IMG/VR virus record: IMGVR_UViG_3300029342_000002
DNA: 64,000 bases
DNA from: a virus
Strand: one strand, 5' to 3'
Notes under the pieces: generated by a model
Told to the model about the DNA's origin: nothing
Database searches by the model: none
What the model saw: the letters and a program-made list of their open reading frames with translations, nothing else
Made by a program: the position numbers and the translations under genes
Part shown: positions 8,241 to 17,213 of the stretch, one piece after another
Numbering within the stretch: the first letter of the stretch is position 1
Layout: each line of letters opens with the position of its first letter

Positions 8241-9953
8241 TTAGTGTGTGCGATTATAATCATCCCAGTTTTTTCTGCCGGGGTAATTATTGTTCTCGTC
8301 CCAGTCTTTTCCTGACCGGTTGGGGCGTCCTGCCTTTCTTCCTCCTCCCGTGTTGATGTCGGAGCCGCTTTGCTGTTTGTTGATACGGGCGGTGGCTTCC
8401 TGCTGCTCTATGGCGTTCTCGGTTTCGTTGTCGGCACGCTGCATATCCATGAGGAGGTCTTGCTGGTCTTCCTCCTTCTGCTCTCTCATAATGCGCTCGA
8501 ACTCTCCGTTCTTCGGGAAGTCTGGGCAGCGTTCCGATGCTGTCTGCTTGGAGAGGAAGTGGTTTTGTACGGCAGTGGCGAGGTTTGTGATCAGCTCCGT
8601 CTTGTTGGCGTGGGTGTACGGTGATATCCATGCGTTGATGGGAAGACCTGTCATTGTGGCGACATAATTCTCCTCCGTACCGATGCCGAACTTGCAGATG
8701 GTGACGAGCTTGTCGAGGAACGGCTGTAACTTCTGTGCGTCGTTCATGGCAATCTCAAGAGCTGGCGAATAGAGAAGCTTTATGGCTACGCCTGGGAGGT
8801 CTCCAGACTTGAGTTCAGGCGGCTTGACGGTGAACGACAGCTCGTAGATGAGGTCGTATGACTTGTTGAGCTGTGTGGCGAATGCGTTGGATGCATCCGT
8901 TCCGTTGAGGAATCCCGCCTCGCTGTCCGTGTCGTTCATCGCAATGGACTTTACGGCGCCGGTCACCTCATCCCCTACGATGTTGACGTCCTCTCCGTCT
9001 CCCTTGACATAGAAGATGGGGAATGCGTATGCCTTGTTGTTCTCGCAGAGATAAGAGAAGGCTTCCTCGTAGTCCTCGATGTTGTGCTGCACCATGAACC
9101 AACATGGTCCGTCCTCGTTACGCGCGTAAGCCACTGGCACGAACGGGAATCTGTGCGGCTTCTCCTCTACGAGATTATATCCGTCGATGCCGAAGAACTT
9201 GGCTACATACGTGATGACCTTCTGTGTCTTGCCTTGCGCTACGCTTCGCTTGAAGCGATATAACTTGGTCTTATCCCATACCTCGACCCATTCCGTAATC
9301 TCGTTGCCCTCGTCGTCAAAGTCGCTGAAACGTCTTGCGAAGCACAGGAGGTCTCCGGTGAGTGAATCGAACTGCGGATAGAGTCGGTCGCCGCGGTCGT
9401 ATGATAGCGTTCGTGTTCCGAATTTTCCGTTCTCGTCGAAATAGCCCACGATGGCACAGTCAGCCACCTTCATGTATGCGCTGATGGCCTCGAAGAAACG
9501 TATTTCCATATCGTGCATGAGCCATCCCTTCTTGAATACATTGAGATATTTCTGAGCCTTGTCAGCCTCCTCCCTGCTGTCATCTCCGCTGTCAGCAAGC
9601 TCGAACTGCACGTCGTTGCCCGTAAGATGGAGCACGTGCTTCGTATGGATGAGCTGCTGGAAGGCGAACGCCGTTCTTGTGATGGGCTGCTGATACCACT
9701 TGCCAGTGTCGGGGTCCTGCTTCCATATATCGGGATATTCCTTGGTGTCGAAGATGCGGTGTCCTGTAGGATAGAACTCGCGCAGGAAGTCAGCCTGCGT
9801 CTTTATGTTGCGATAGACAGAGTCTTCCGGCATATTAGGCGTTGCGTCTTCTCTGATGTTGGTTGTCCACGCTCCGTGCTTCTTGTATCCCTCCGGCGTA
9901 ATCTCGAAGAACGGCTTCTTGACAAGAATCTCTCTTACCTTTAAAATCTCCAT
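8241..9953 (-). CDS. portal protein
   Basis: 570 aa, immediately downstream of and overlapping the large terminase. Acidic/basic C-terminal tail. Size and synteny are typical of portals. Confidence 0.8.
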   Translation of the reverse strand: MEILKVREILVKKPFFEITPEGYKKHGAWTTNIREDATPNMPEDSVYRNIKTQADFLREFYPTGHRIFDTKEYPDIWKQDPDTGKWYQQPITRTAFAFQQLIHTKHVLHLTGNDVQFELADSGDDSREEADKAQKYLNVFKKGWLMHDMEIRFFEAISAYMKVADCAIVGYFDENGKFGTRTLSYDRGDRLYPQFDSLTGDLLCFARRFSDFDDEGNEITEWVEVWDKTKLYRFKRSVAQGKTQKVITYVAKFFGIDGYNLVEEKPHRFPFVPVAYARNEDGPCWFMVQHNIEDYEEAFSYLCENNKAYAFPIFYVKGDGEDVNIVGDEVTGAVKSIAMNDTDSEAGFLNGTDASNAFATQLNKSYDLIYELSFTVKPPELKSGDLPGVAIKLLYSPALEIAMNDAQKLQPFLDKLVTICKFGIGTEENYVATMTGLPINAWISPYTHANKTELITNLATAVQNHFLSKQTASERCPDFPKNGEFERIMREQKEEDQQDLLMDMQRADNETENAIEQQEATARINKQQSGSDINTGGGRKAGRPNRSGKDWDENNNYPGRKNWDDYNRTH

Positions 9954-11572
9954 AATCCTTTTACCTTATTGTGTTTTTTCTTTGTTAAGCTGAAAATCAT
10001 CCTGTAGAACCAAGACTCGAAGAAGTCGGGCGAGTGTCCTACGTATCTCTTTGCAAGCTTCTTCGGCAGTAGCTTGAATCCCCGGTCGCTGCTGTTCTCG
10101 TCGCGTCTGAGCATCTTTCGCTCCTTCTGTAGGATCTGGCGCAGCGTCCATTTCTCGAATCCGTCTCCCGAATACTTGCGCTCAAGCAGCGAGGCGTCTA
10201 TGGATATGCGCCGTTCCTTTACCATCTTGTAGAAGAGCCACGCGCACTGCGACTTGAGGTCCTTGTAGAGGTACTTTATGCCGTCTTCCTCCTTTCGTGA
10301 CTGTGCCAATGGCGCAGCCTGATTGTTGAAGGGTACGGCATCCTTGAAGAATCCCTTGAAGTACTGTCCGATGCCCTGCATATCGTACGTGAAATTGGAC
10401 TCCTCCACTCCCCATTCGCGCAGCTTCGCCTCGACGGTGGAGACGAGTGTCTTGGAATCGAGTCGCAATACGATAAGGTCCTTGCAGTGCCATCCTTCCC
10501 ATAGCCACATCACGAAATTGTCACCTCCCGTGAAAGCGATGTCGGCAGAAGCTCGTCTGATGCCGTCGTCGGTCTGTTCGGCGTTGTCGAAGATGGCTTC
10601 GAGGTCGTCCATCTTTATCATGTCGTCGCCCGCTGCCTTCCAGTTCCAGTTGGCTTCGAGGTCGCGCATGCGCTGTTCCTCGTCCTGCTGCGCAAGGTTG
10701 GCGAGATAAGACACGTCGGTGGAAATGAGCTTGATGTTTTCGGACACGTCGGCACGTATGAAGGTGGCTGACTTGATGAACATCTCGAGCTTGGAATAGC
10801 CAAGTTCTTCGTAGCTGGGTTTCCAGAGCTTGTCGATGATGCCACGGCACTGCTCGTAGACCTCCTCGCGTGTGTCTCCCCAGTAGATAGAGTCGGGTGT
10901 GTCGCCGTCCATGAAGCAGTAGCGTATGACTCCGTCACGCTCCGGTATGATGTAGCCGTCTTCGTCCACCCACCAGTCGATGAACTTGCGTACCCATGAC
11001 TCGGGGTCGGGGTTACAGGTTATCCAGAAGCGGTTTCGGATTTGTGATGCGTTACGGTTGGTCTTTATGAGGAACTTGAATTTCTTGAACGGTATCTGTG
11101 TACCCTCATCGACACAGATATAGGCGTACTGACGACCTCGGAAGCGCTCCTCGAAATCCTTTAGTGCTCCTTCGAAATACGAGAACTTAAGCCATCCTCC
11201 GCTGGCAAAGTTCCATGTCATGTCGTTCTGGGACTTGTTGTATGTGCCGAACTGGGAGAAGAGCTTGTAGGAATCGGAGATTAGGGACTGAAGGTCGTCT
11301 TTCTCCTTTCGTAGTATCGTGGCATGGAAGTCTGGGTTCTTGATGTCCTTCAGGACTTCCATGAGAGAACTAAAACTCTTACTACCGCCGCGGGAGCCTC
11401 CGACGATTTTGATGTCGGCGTCGATGGCGAGCATACGTTCCTGTCCTCCCCGTTGGTCTATGATTTTGAGCCGGTCGGGATGGCGTTTGTCTGCGTCTCG
11501 GAGAGACTGTATGTACTCCTGGGTGTAGACAGGAGAGCCGTCGCGTAGGCGGTATGGTGAGAGTTTTGTCAT
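9941..11572 (-). CDS. terminase large subunit
   Basis: 543 aa. Walker A-like VGGSRGGSKS, Walker B-like YICVDEGTQ, and a C-terminal nuclease-type region. Confidence 0.85.
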   Translation of the reverse strand: MTKLSPYRLRDGSPVYTQEYIQSLRDADKRHPDRLKIIDQRGGQERMLAIDADIKIVGGSRGGSKSFSSLMEVLKDIKNPDFHATILRKEKDDLQSLISDSYKLFSQFGTYNKSQNDMTWNFASGGWLKFSYFEGALKDFEERFRGRQYAYICVDEGTQIPFKKFKFLIKTNRNASQIRNRFWITCNPDPESWVRKFIDWWVDEDGYIIPERDGVIRYCFMDGDTPDSIYWGDTREEVYEQCRGIIDKLWKPSYEELGYSKLEMFIKSATFIRADVSENIKLISTDVSYLANLAQQDEEQRMRDLEANWNWKAAGDDMIKMDDLEAIFDNAEQTDDGIRRASADIAFTGGDNFVMWLWEGWHCKDLIVLRLDSKTLVSTVEAKLREWGVEESNFTYDMQGIGQYFKGFFKDAVPFNNQAAPLAQSRKEEDGIKYLYKDLKSQCAWLFYKMVKERRISIDASLLERKYSGDGFEKWTLRQILQKERKMLRRDENSSDRGFKLLPKKLAKRYVGHSPDFFESWFYRMIFSLTKKKHNKVKGLWRF

Positions 11573-11620
11573 GTTATCCTGTTGATAATGGGGTGTTTAG
11601 GGGCTTTGTTTAATATTTTA

Positions 11621-11706
11621 TGTATGTTTATGCAAAAATAATGGATTTTTCTTGGATAGATGTATATTTATGCGTATTTTTGCGATATAAAATGTATATT
11701 TATGCA
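11621..11706 (+). promoter_or_regulatory. three direct copies of TGTAT(A/G)TTTATGC(A/G) in the divergent TerL/scaffold intergenic region
   Basis: Copies at 11621, 11661 and 11693. The same motif occurs at 24872 and, inverted, at 24850. Confidence 0.6.
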
Positions 11707-11749
11707 ATTAGTAAGGTGAAGGACTCACTTTACATAAACACAAATCAGA

Positions 11750-12415
11750 ATGACGATAGAGGAACTATTGGAATTGGTGAACAAGAAGGAGGACACTTCT
11801 AAGTTTACCTCACTCAGCAAGAAGAGCATTGACGAAGAGCTTAATGACGTTCTTGGTGAGATGGGTGACGATGATGACGAGAATGACAGAATCGTTACCA
11901 AGTTGGCAAACCGACTCAAGCGCATGGACAAGAATCTGCACAAGAACATAGCTGACGAGCTGAAGAAGAGCAGAGAGGAAGCCGAGCGCAAGAAGAAGGA
12001 AGAGGAGGAACGCAAAGGAAAGAAGGACGGGGAGGACACTCCCGACGATAAGTACGACAAGCTGCTTGCAAAACTCGAAGCACTCGAAAAGGCCAACGAG
12101 GAGCGCGACAAGAAGGCATCAAGAGCCGCTACAATCGAAGCGGTCAGAAAAGGCTTGAAGGACAAGTTTGACAAGGCAAAGCTCGAACTTAACGATTTCT
12201 TTCTTGACACTGCAATCTCCAAGCTTGAAATTCCCGACAAGGATGCCGATGTAACCGATCTGGTTTCAAAGGCGGAGGGTATCTACACTACCGACTTCAA
12301 GCGTGCTACAGGCAACACCGCGATACCGCGCATGGGCAGCGGCTCTTCTTCTGGCGGCGGCAGGACAATTCCTGACGACGAGTGGGATGACATCATCGAA
12401 CCGAAAGAAAAGTAA
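11750..12415 (+). CDS. scaffolding protein
   Basis: 221 aa, strongly charged K/E/D-rich and predicted coiled coil. Lies directly upstream of the capsid genes. Confidence 0.7.
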   Translation: MTIEELLELVNKKEDTSKFTSLSKKSIDEELNDVLGEMGDDDDENDRIVTKLANRLKRMDKNLHKNIADELKKSREEAERKKKEEEERKGKKDGEDTPDDKYDKLLAKLEALEKANEERDKKASRAATIEAVRKGLKDKFDKAKLELNDFFLDTAISKLEIPDKDADVTDLVSKAEGIYTTDFKRATGNTAIPRMGSGSSSGGGRTIPDDEWDDIIEPKEK

Positions 12416-12442
12416 ACATTTTAATTTTTAAGGTAAAAAGTT

Positions 12443-13216
12443 ATGGATAACAACAAGGATTACTACGGACAGATGCTGGCGCAGGGTGCAGTCAATGCTA
12501 CCGGCGCTGTAATCTTGCAGTCAGAAATGACTATAGGTGGTCAGCGCCATGTGTTCGTTGACCTGCCTGGTGCCGTTAAGGAAGCGTTCCGTCGCCCTCC
12601 GATTGGCGGTGTCCTGAAAAACCCGTTCCCTGGTCCAGCCAAGATTTACGCTGGCGACTTGATCGAGCACAGCCTTGGTTTCGCTGACAACAGCGGCGGC
12701 ACAATCAAGATTCTCAAGAGCTACGAGGTGGCTAAGGCTACCGATGCCGCTACGGATACGGCCATCTACATCACACGCGACGGCTATCACCATATTCCGT
12801 TTGTCGGCGACAATCTCATGGTTGGTCAGAAGGACTTCAAGACAAAGAGCAAGGGTGTGCTCGTGACTGCGGTGGAGGCAACCACCGACGCGACAGCCGG
12901 CGACGTATGGAAGGTGACCCTCAGCGAGACTCTCGGCACTTTGACCGTGGGCACAGTACTGGTGGAGGCAGAGAAGGCAGGCGCAACCGTTTTGCCTATG
13001 GTTACAAACCCGAACTGCTTTGCTCCGTGCGACGTTGACATGCCATTCCACGCACTTGCCGGCAGTGACAAGTTCTATGCTCCGCGCTACCTCAACGACT
13101 TCTGCCTGCTCGGCACTGACGTGGTAATGTGGAAGTCACGCATGAGTCCGATTCCGCCGGCTGTAGAGGCGATGAACAAGAGCCGCTACGCAGAGTGGTG
13201 GTACGCAGAGAACTAA
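12443..13216 (+). CDS. capsid-associated protein (possible decoration protein)
   Basis: 257-aa ORF between the scaffold and major capsid genes. Function inferred from position only. Confidence 0.4.
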   Translation: MDNNKDYYGQMLAQGAVNATGAVILQSEMTIGGQRHVFVDLPGAVKEAFRRPPIGGVLKNPFPGPAKIYAGDLIEHSLGFADNSGGTIKILKSYEVAKATDAATDTAIYITRDGYHHIPFVGDNLMVGQKDFKTKSKGVLVTAVEATTDATAGDVWKVTLSETLGTLTVGTVLVEAEKAGATVLPMVTNPNCFAPCDVDMPFHALAGSDKFYAPRYLNDFCLLGTDVVMWKSRMSPIPPAVEAMNKSRYAEWWYAEN

Positions 13217-13249
13217 TCGGAAAAACACACAACACAAAAACGAAAAGAT

Positions 13250-14425
13250 ATGCCAAAGTTTGATTTTAACAATTCCCGAAAGGCGCGTTTTTTCAGCGAT
13301 CCCGAGAATACAAGATACTTGCAGAAGTTTATCGACAAGAAGGGCATCTTCCATGTGAACTACGGCTGGTATCTCACGCAGGGTCGTATCGCGCCTGACC
13401 TCACGCCTACCAACCATAAGGGCGTGGCTACATTCTCAGTTGAGGCATCCGCTTTGCAGGCTGCGACACTCGCCAACCTCCGTGCTCCTCTCGCAGGCTC
13501 GTTCCAGAAGGACAAGGGTGCGTTGGAAGTTTATTCTGCCACTATCCCCGACTTCATTACTGACGGCTTCAAGGAAACCGCAGAGGAGCGCAACTACCGC
13601 GAGAAGCAGTTTGAGGAGTTCGGCAACGACAGCGACCTCGTAAAGCAGTGGCGCGACGAAACCCAGACGTTGATGGACTCTCTCGACATGACCATGAACT
13701 ACATGACTGCGAAGCTGGCTACAACCGGTGAGCTTGACTACACGGGTATCGCTCGCGGTATTCAGATTCCGCTTCACAAGGTGCCAATCCCGAAGGAGAA
13801 TTTCAGAAAGTGCGGCAAGCTTGAATGGGCTAACGCTGAATGTAACATCCTCGAACAGATGCGCAAGATTGAAAGCGAGTGGCGCGAGGAGTTCGGCCAG
13901 AGCCGTCTCGCCCTTGTATGGCAGATGACCTATGACACCTTCTACAACACCTTCCTTGGCAACAAGCAGATTAAGGAGCTGTACATCAACTGGTGCAAGG
14001 CTCATTATGTTGCTTACGTCGAGGACTACGGCGTGAACACCGAGATGTTCCTCAAGGCATTCGCTGACATTCAGGGAATCTCACGCATTGAGATTGTTGA
14101 CGAGGAGGAGCGCAACCTCAAGTTCGACGGCTCGGTTGTCAAGGTTAAGGGCTGGAATGACAACATTGTCGTTCTCCGTCCTGCCGGTGACGCTTTCGAG
14201 TACGAGCGCAAGCAGATTGCTGACAAGCCGATGTTTGAGAAGTACGGAAACAACATCGTTCAGAAGGTATTTGCGCAGACAAACAAGGGTCTCGGTCTGC
14301 TCTGCAACACAACAGTCGCCAATGGTGACTACAAGGAGTGGCATACCGACCTCATGTTTGCCGCAGTCCCTGCGATGCTGGACTTCCCTTATCGTTGGAT
14401 TATCGACATCACAAAGAAGGGTTAG
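13250..14425 (+). CDS. major capsid protein
   Basis: 391 aa. Position follows scaffold and decoration-like genes. Length and composition are compatible with the lambda gpE-like major capsid family. Needs an HMM search. Confidence 0.7.
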   Translation: MPKFDFNNSRKARFFSDPENTRYLQKFIDKKGIFHVNYGWYLTQGRIAPDLTPTNHKGVATFSVEASALQAATLANLRAPLAGSFQKDKGALEVYSATIPDFITDGFKETAEERNYREKQFEEFGNDSDLVKQWRDETQTLMDSLDMTMNYMTAKLATTGELDYTGIARGIQIPLHKVPIPKENFRKCGKLEWANAECNILEQMRKIESEWREEFGQSRLALVWQMTYDTFYNTFLGNKQIKELYINWCKAHYVAYVEDYGVNTEMFLKAFADIQGISRIEIVDEEERNLKFDGSVVKVKGWNDNIVVLRPAGDAFEYERKQIADKPMFEKYGNNIVQKVFAQTNKGLGLLCNTTVANGDYKEWHTDLMFAAVPAMLDFPYRWIIDITKKG

Positions 14426-14447
14426 AGGTTTAACGTAACTTGAGAGA

Positions 14448-14882
14448 ATGATTATGGCTTCGGAGAATGGTTTTCTTTCGGTGGCTGACTACCTTATCAA
14501 CAAGGTAAGGTTCGGTATACCCCGTGCGGCTCTGCTGTCTATCTTAGTGGACAGGGAGCTGGACGGCGGTATGGAATATCTTTCCTGCGAAAAGGATAAG
14601 GTTCGGCTGGCTTATGCCGACATGCTGAAATGGTATGTCCTTGGTGCGAGCAAGGTGAACAATACCTCTGATGCCGACAATAACTGGAGTCATACGGAGG
14701 GAGGATATGAACTGTCCTCGGCGGACATCGCTGCCTTGAAGGCGGAGGCTAACGCCATCTACGAGGAGCTGGACAAGAGTTCGGTGTTCAAGCACAAATC
14801 GACCTTCCGTATGACTTCTCACGGCGTGAAGCGTGCGTCCCGTGACGGATGCGGGATGCCCGTTCCTCACATAATCAGATAA
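14448..14882 (+). CDS. hypothetical head-tail joining region protein
   Basis: 144-aa ORF. Assigned by synteny only. Confidence 0.5.
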   Translation: MIMASENGFLSVADYLINKVRFGIPRAALLSILVDRELDGGMEYLSCEKDKVRLAYADMLKWYVLGASKVNNTSDADNNWSHTEGGYELSSADIAALKAEANAIYEELDKSSVFKHKSTFRMTSHGVKRASRDGCGMPVPHIIR

Positions 14883-14891
14883 CGCAGCATC

Positions 14892-15266
14892 ATGGAGACA
14901 GGAATCATCAACAACCCACGCTATCCTCACAGGGTCACGATAGTGAGGCTTGTGCCTGGGAAGGGCGACGAGGACAATCCGTTCGCTGACGACGACGCTC
15001 CCGTGAACGACGAGGAAGTGGTGCTCTACGACGGTAAAGGCAGGAGCTTTACGGACACAACGACGACCGGTGACAAGAACGTGGACGAGAACAAGAGAAA
15101 GGCTTCGATACCAATGAGGTTCGACGACTGGAAGGCGGGTGGCTTTCCTCTTGACGGCGACACGATAAGAGTGAGGGTCGGGAACCATACCGAGGAAGGC
15201 ATGGTGAAGGACTGCGAGGGAGATAATAACAGGACCGTGGTGTACTGGAGTCTGAGGAGGGTGTGA
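14892..15266 (+). CDS. hypothetical head-tail joining region protein
   Basis: 124-aa ORF. Assigned by synteny only. Confidence 0.5.
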   Translation: METGIINNPRYPHRVTIVRLVPGKGDEDNPFADDDAPVNDEEVVLYDGKGRSFTDTTTTGDKNVDENKRKASIPMRFDDWKAGGFPLDGDTIRVRVGNHTEEGMVKDCEGDNNRTVVYWSLRRV

Positions 15267-15281
15267 AAGGGCAGTCTTGTG

Positions 15282-15330
15282 ATAGGCGGCTCTAGCGGGG
15301 CTAGCAGGACTAGGGGCTGGCGCCGTTTGT
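15282..15330 (+). repeat. dispersed intergenic repeat, copy B
   Basis: Sequence ATAGGCGGCTCTAGCGGGGCTAGCAGGACTAGGGGCTGGCGCCGTTTGTAGG. Confidence 0.8.
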
Positions 15331-15355
15331 AGGAAGAAGAAAGGAGGAGGATTGT

Positions 15356-15940
15356 ATGGCTGAATTGAAGTTTGGTTATGGGCGAGTTGTCCACCAGAAT
15401 TATTCCGACCAGTTGTTTAGGCGTTTGTTCCGAGATGTCAAGCAGTATACCGTGGAGACTATGCTTGAGAATATGGAAAAGATGGCTTACGAGATACTTA
15501 GGACGGCTTATGCCGAGAAGGAATTTATCTCTGTTACGGGAAACCTTATAAACTCGTTCGCTGTTGGTATCTACTACAAGGGAGAGCTGAAAAGAGTGGT
15601 TGGCGCTGCGGATATGGGCATAGACCCTCCAGTCAGAGTGTCGCTCAGTCCCGGAGAAAAACTGCCTGTGACGCGATGGTGGGACGCTGTGGAGCCATAC
15701 GAGAGTAGCAAGGGCAAGATCGGGGCGTTCAAAGGAGAAATCGGTCCGGGACACGTTGACGGAAGAAAGGCGGCTATCAGGAAGCTACAGTCCACGAGAC
15801 CTTGGAAGAGAGATACCTACGCCTTGATAGTTGTTGCCCCGATGGTGTATGCGGATTATGTGCAGTACAAACAAGGGCATGACGTACTGACCGCTGTAAA
15901 AGAAGTGATGCCTCAGATAGAAAAAATTTGTTACGTATGA
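15356..15940 (+). CDS. hypothetical head-tail / tail completion protein
   Basis: 194-aa ORF. Assigned by synteny only. Confidence 0.55.
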   Translation: MAELKFGYGRVVHQNYSDQLFRRLFRDVKQYTVETMLENMEKMAYEILRTAYAEKEFISVTGNLINSFAVGIYYKGELKRVVGAADMGIDPPVRVSLSPGEKLPVTRWWDAVEPYESSKGKIGAFKGEIGPGHVDGRKAAIRKLQSTRPWKRDTYALIVVAPMVYADYVQYKQGHDVLTAVKEVMPQIEKICYV

Positions 15941-16344
15941 TAAGCATAAAGACGCTGTACTATGATGTCGGTAATGCCGTTAAGGGTGTTTGCGACAGGG
16001 TTTATGCCCATGACCGTCCTAAGGCTGTGAGTGACAGGCCAGACAGCTATATCGTGGTGGTATTTCCTTCTGTGATTCTTAACAATGAGATGAACAGTGA
16101 GGGGACGTTCAATGACTATACCACTACGGCTCAGATAGAGATATATGTGAGGAATAAGGTGTCGGCAAAGAATCCAGGGGCGTTTGACGTGTCTGCGGTG
16201 TCCGAGAAGGTCAGTGCGGTAATGAAAAAGTTTCCGATCTCGACGGACAACATCATCGTAACGAAACCGCGCGTTACCCTGCAAACGGACGACGGTGACG
16301 GTTTTTCGGTGACGATAGTGCAGGGACAGCTGAGAACGAGGTGA
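15937..16344 (+). CDS. hypothetical tail completion/terminator-region protein
   Basis: ATG at 15937 forms an ATGA overlap with the upstream stop. About 135 aa. Confidence 0.55.
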   Translation: MISIKTLYYDVGNAVKGVCDRVYAHDRPKAVSDRPDSYIVVVFPSVILNNEMNSEGTFNDYTTTAQIEIYVRNKVSAKNPGAFDVSAVSEKVSAVMKKFPISTDNIIVTKPRVTLQTDDGDGFSVTIVQGQLRTR

Positions 16345-16354
16345 GAAGCTTATG

Positions 16355-16420
16355 ATAGGCAGCTCTAGCGGCTATAGCGGGGCTAGAGGCTGGCGCCATC
16401 ACTGAACCTTGCTGGGCTGA
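16355..16420 (+). repeat. dispersed intergenic repeat, copy C
   Basis: Sequence ATAGGCAGCTCTAGCGGCTATAGCGGGGCTAGAGGCTGGCGCCATCACTGAACCTTGCTGGGCTG. Nearly identical to copy A over 43 bp. Confidence 0.85.
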
Positions 16421-16477
16421 ATAATATGAGAATGAATGTTTTTGGGATAATTTACTATTTAAAAAAAATTAAGGATT

Positions 16478-17071
16478 ATGGCAATGAAGAAAATTCTTGA
16501 GCTTAAAGACCGATTTGTAGGTCCTAAGTCTATCTTGTTCTCAAAGAGTCTGATAGACCTGTCGAAGGGGACAATCGAGTTTACCCCGGAGTTGGAGCTT
16601 CCCGTGGAGGTGGACTCACTGAAGGCAACGATGGAAGACCCGACTGTCAATCACTATAAGGTAATCGGTCTTGGCGGCGATTGGGCGACCACCGCAGAGC
16701 TTGGTGACTTTAACGTAGAGTTGGTTGTTCCTTCCAAAGCCAAGGACTTGCTCTCTGCAATGTTCGGCGAGGACGCTGTCAGCGAAATCACCAAGTTTAC
16801 CATCAAGGGTTCTGGCGATGCAGCTCTTGACGTTACAACGGGTTATACCGGTACTGCATTGGAGGCAAAGAAGTTTAAGATGACCGGTACTATCTGTATC
16901 GTAGACGAGACAAAGGAGAACCTGATGGTCATCACAAACCTCTCGCTCTATGCAACTATGCAGTGGGATGAGACAGGAACCAAGCCTGTTGCATTCAAGT
17001 TCAGTGGTTCTGTTGAGGGCGCTGGTTTGAAGAGCGTTGCTTGGCTTACAAAGGCACCTGCGGCAGCGTAG
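16478..17071 (+). CDS. major tail protein (by position)
   Basis: 197-aa ORF immediately upstream of the tape measure gene and followed by a strong terminator-type hairpin. Confidence 0.6.
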   Translation: MAMKKILELKDRFVGPKSILFSKSLIDLSKGTIEFTPELELPVEVDSLKATMEDPTVNHYKVIGLGGDWATTAELGDFNVELVVPSKAKDLLSAMFGEDAVSEITKFTIKGSGDAALDVTTGYTGTALEAKKFKMTGTICIVDETKENLMVITNLSLYATMQWDETGTKPVAFKFSGSVEGAGLKSVAWLTKAPAAA

Positions 17072-17095
17072 GAAGGGCTAAGGACAGGAATGGGG

Positions 17096-17143
17096 GCGAG
17101 GAGCAGTGGGCTGAAAGTGGCTGCTGCTCCTCGCTTTTTTTTT
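17096..17143 (+). terminator. rho-independent terminator/attenuator after the major tail gene
   Basis: Perfect 11-bp stem GCGAGGAGCAG...CTGCTCCTCGC followed by T9. Confidence 0.75.
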
Positions 17144-17148
17144 GGGGG

Positions 17149-17163
17149 GGCTGGCGCCGTTAT
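17149..17163 (+). repeat. dispersed intergenic repeat, partial copy D
   Basis: GGCTGGCGCCGTTAT(GAGGAGAG), sharing the 3' module of copies A and F. Confidence 0.6.
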
Positions 17164-17213
17164 GAGGAGAGTGAGAAGGATTGTTTTTTAGAATAGGATA
17201 ATGTAAGGATGTT

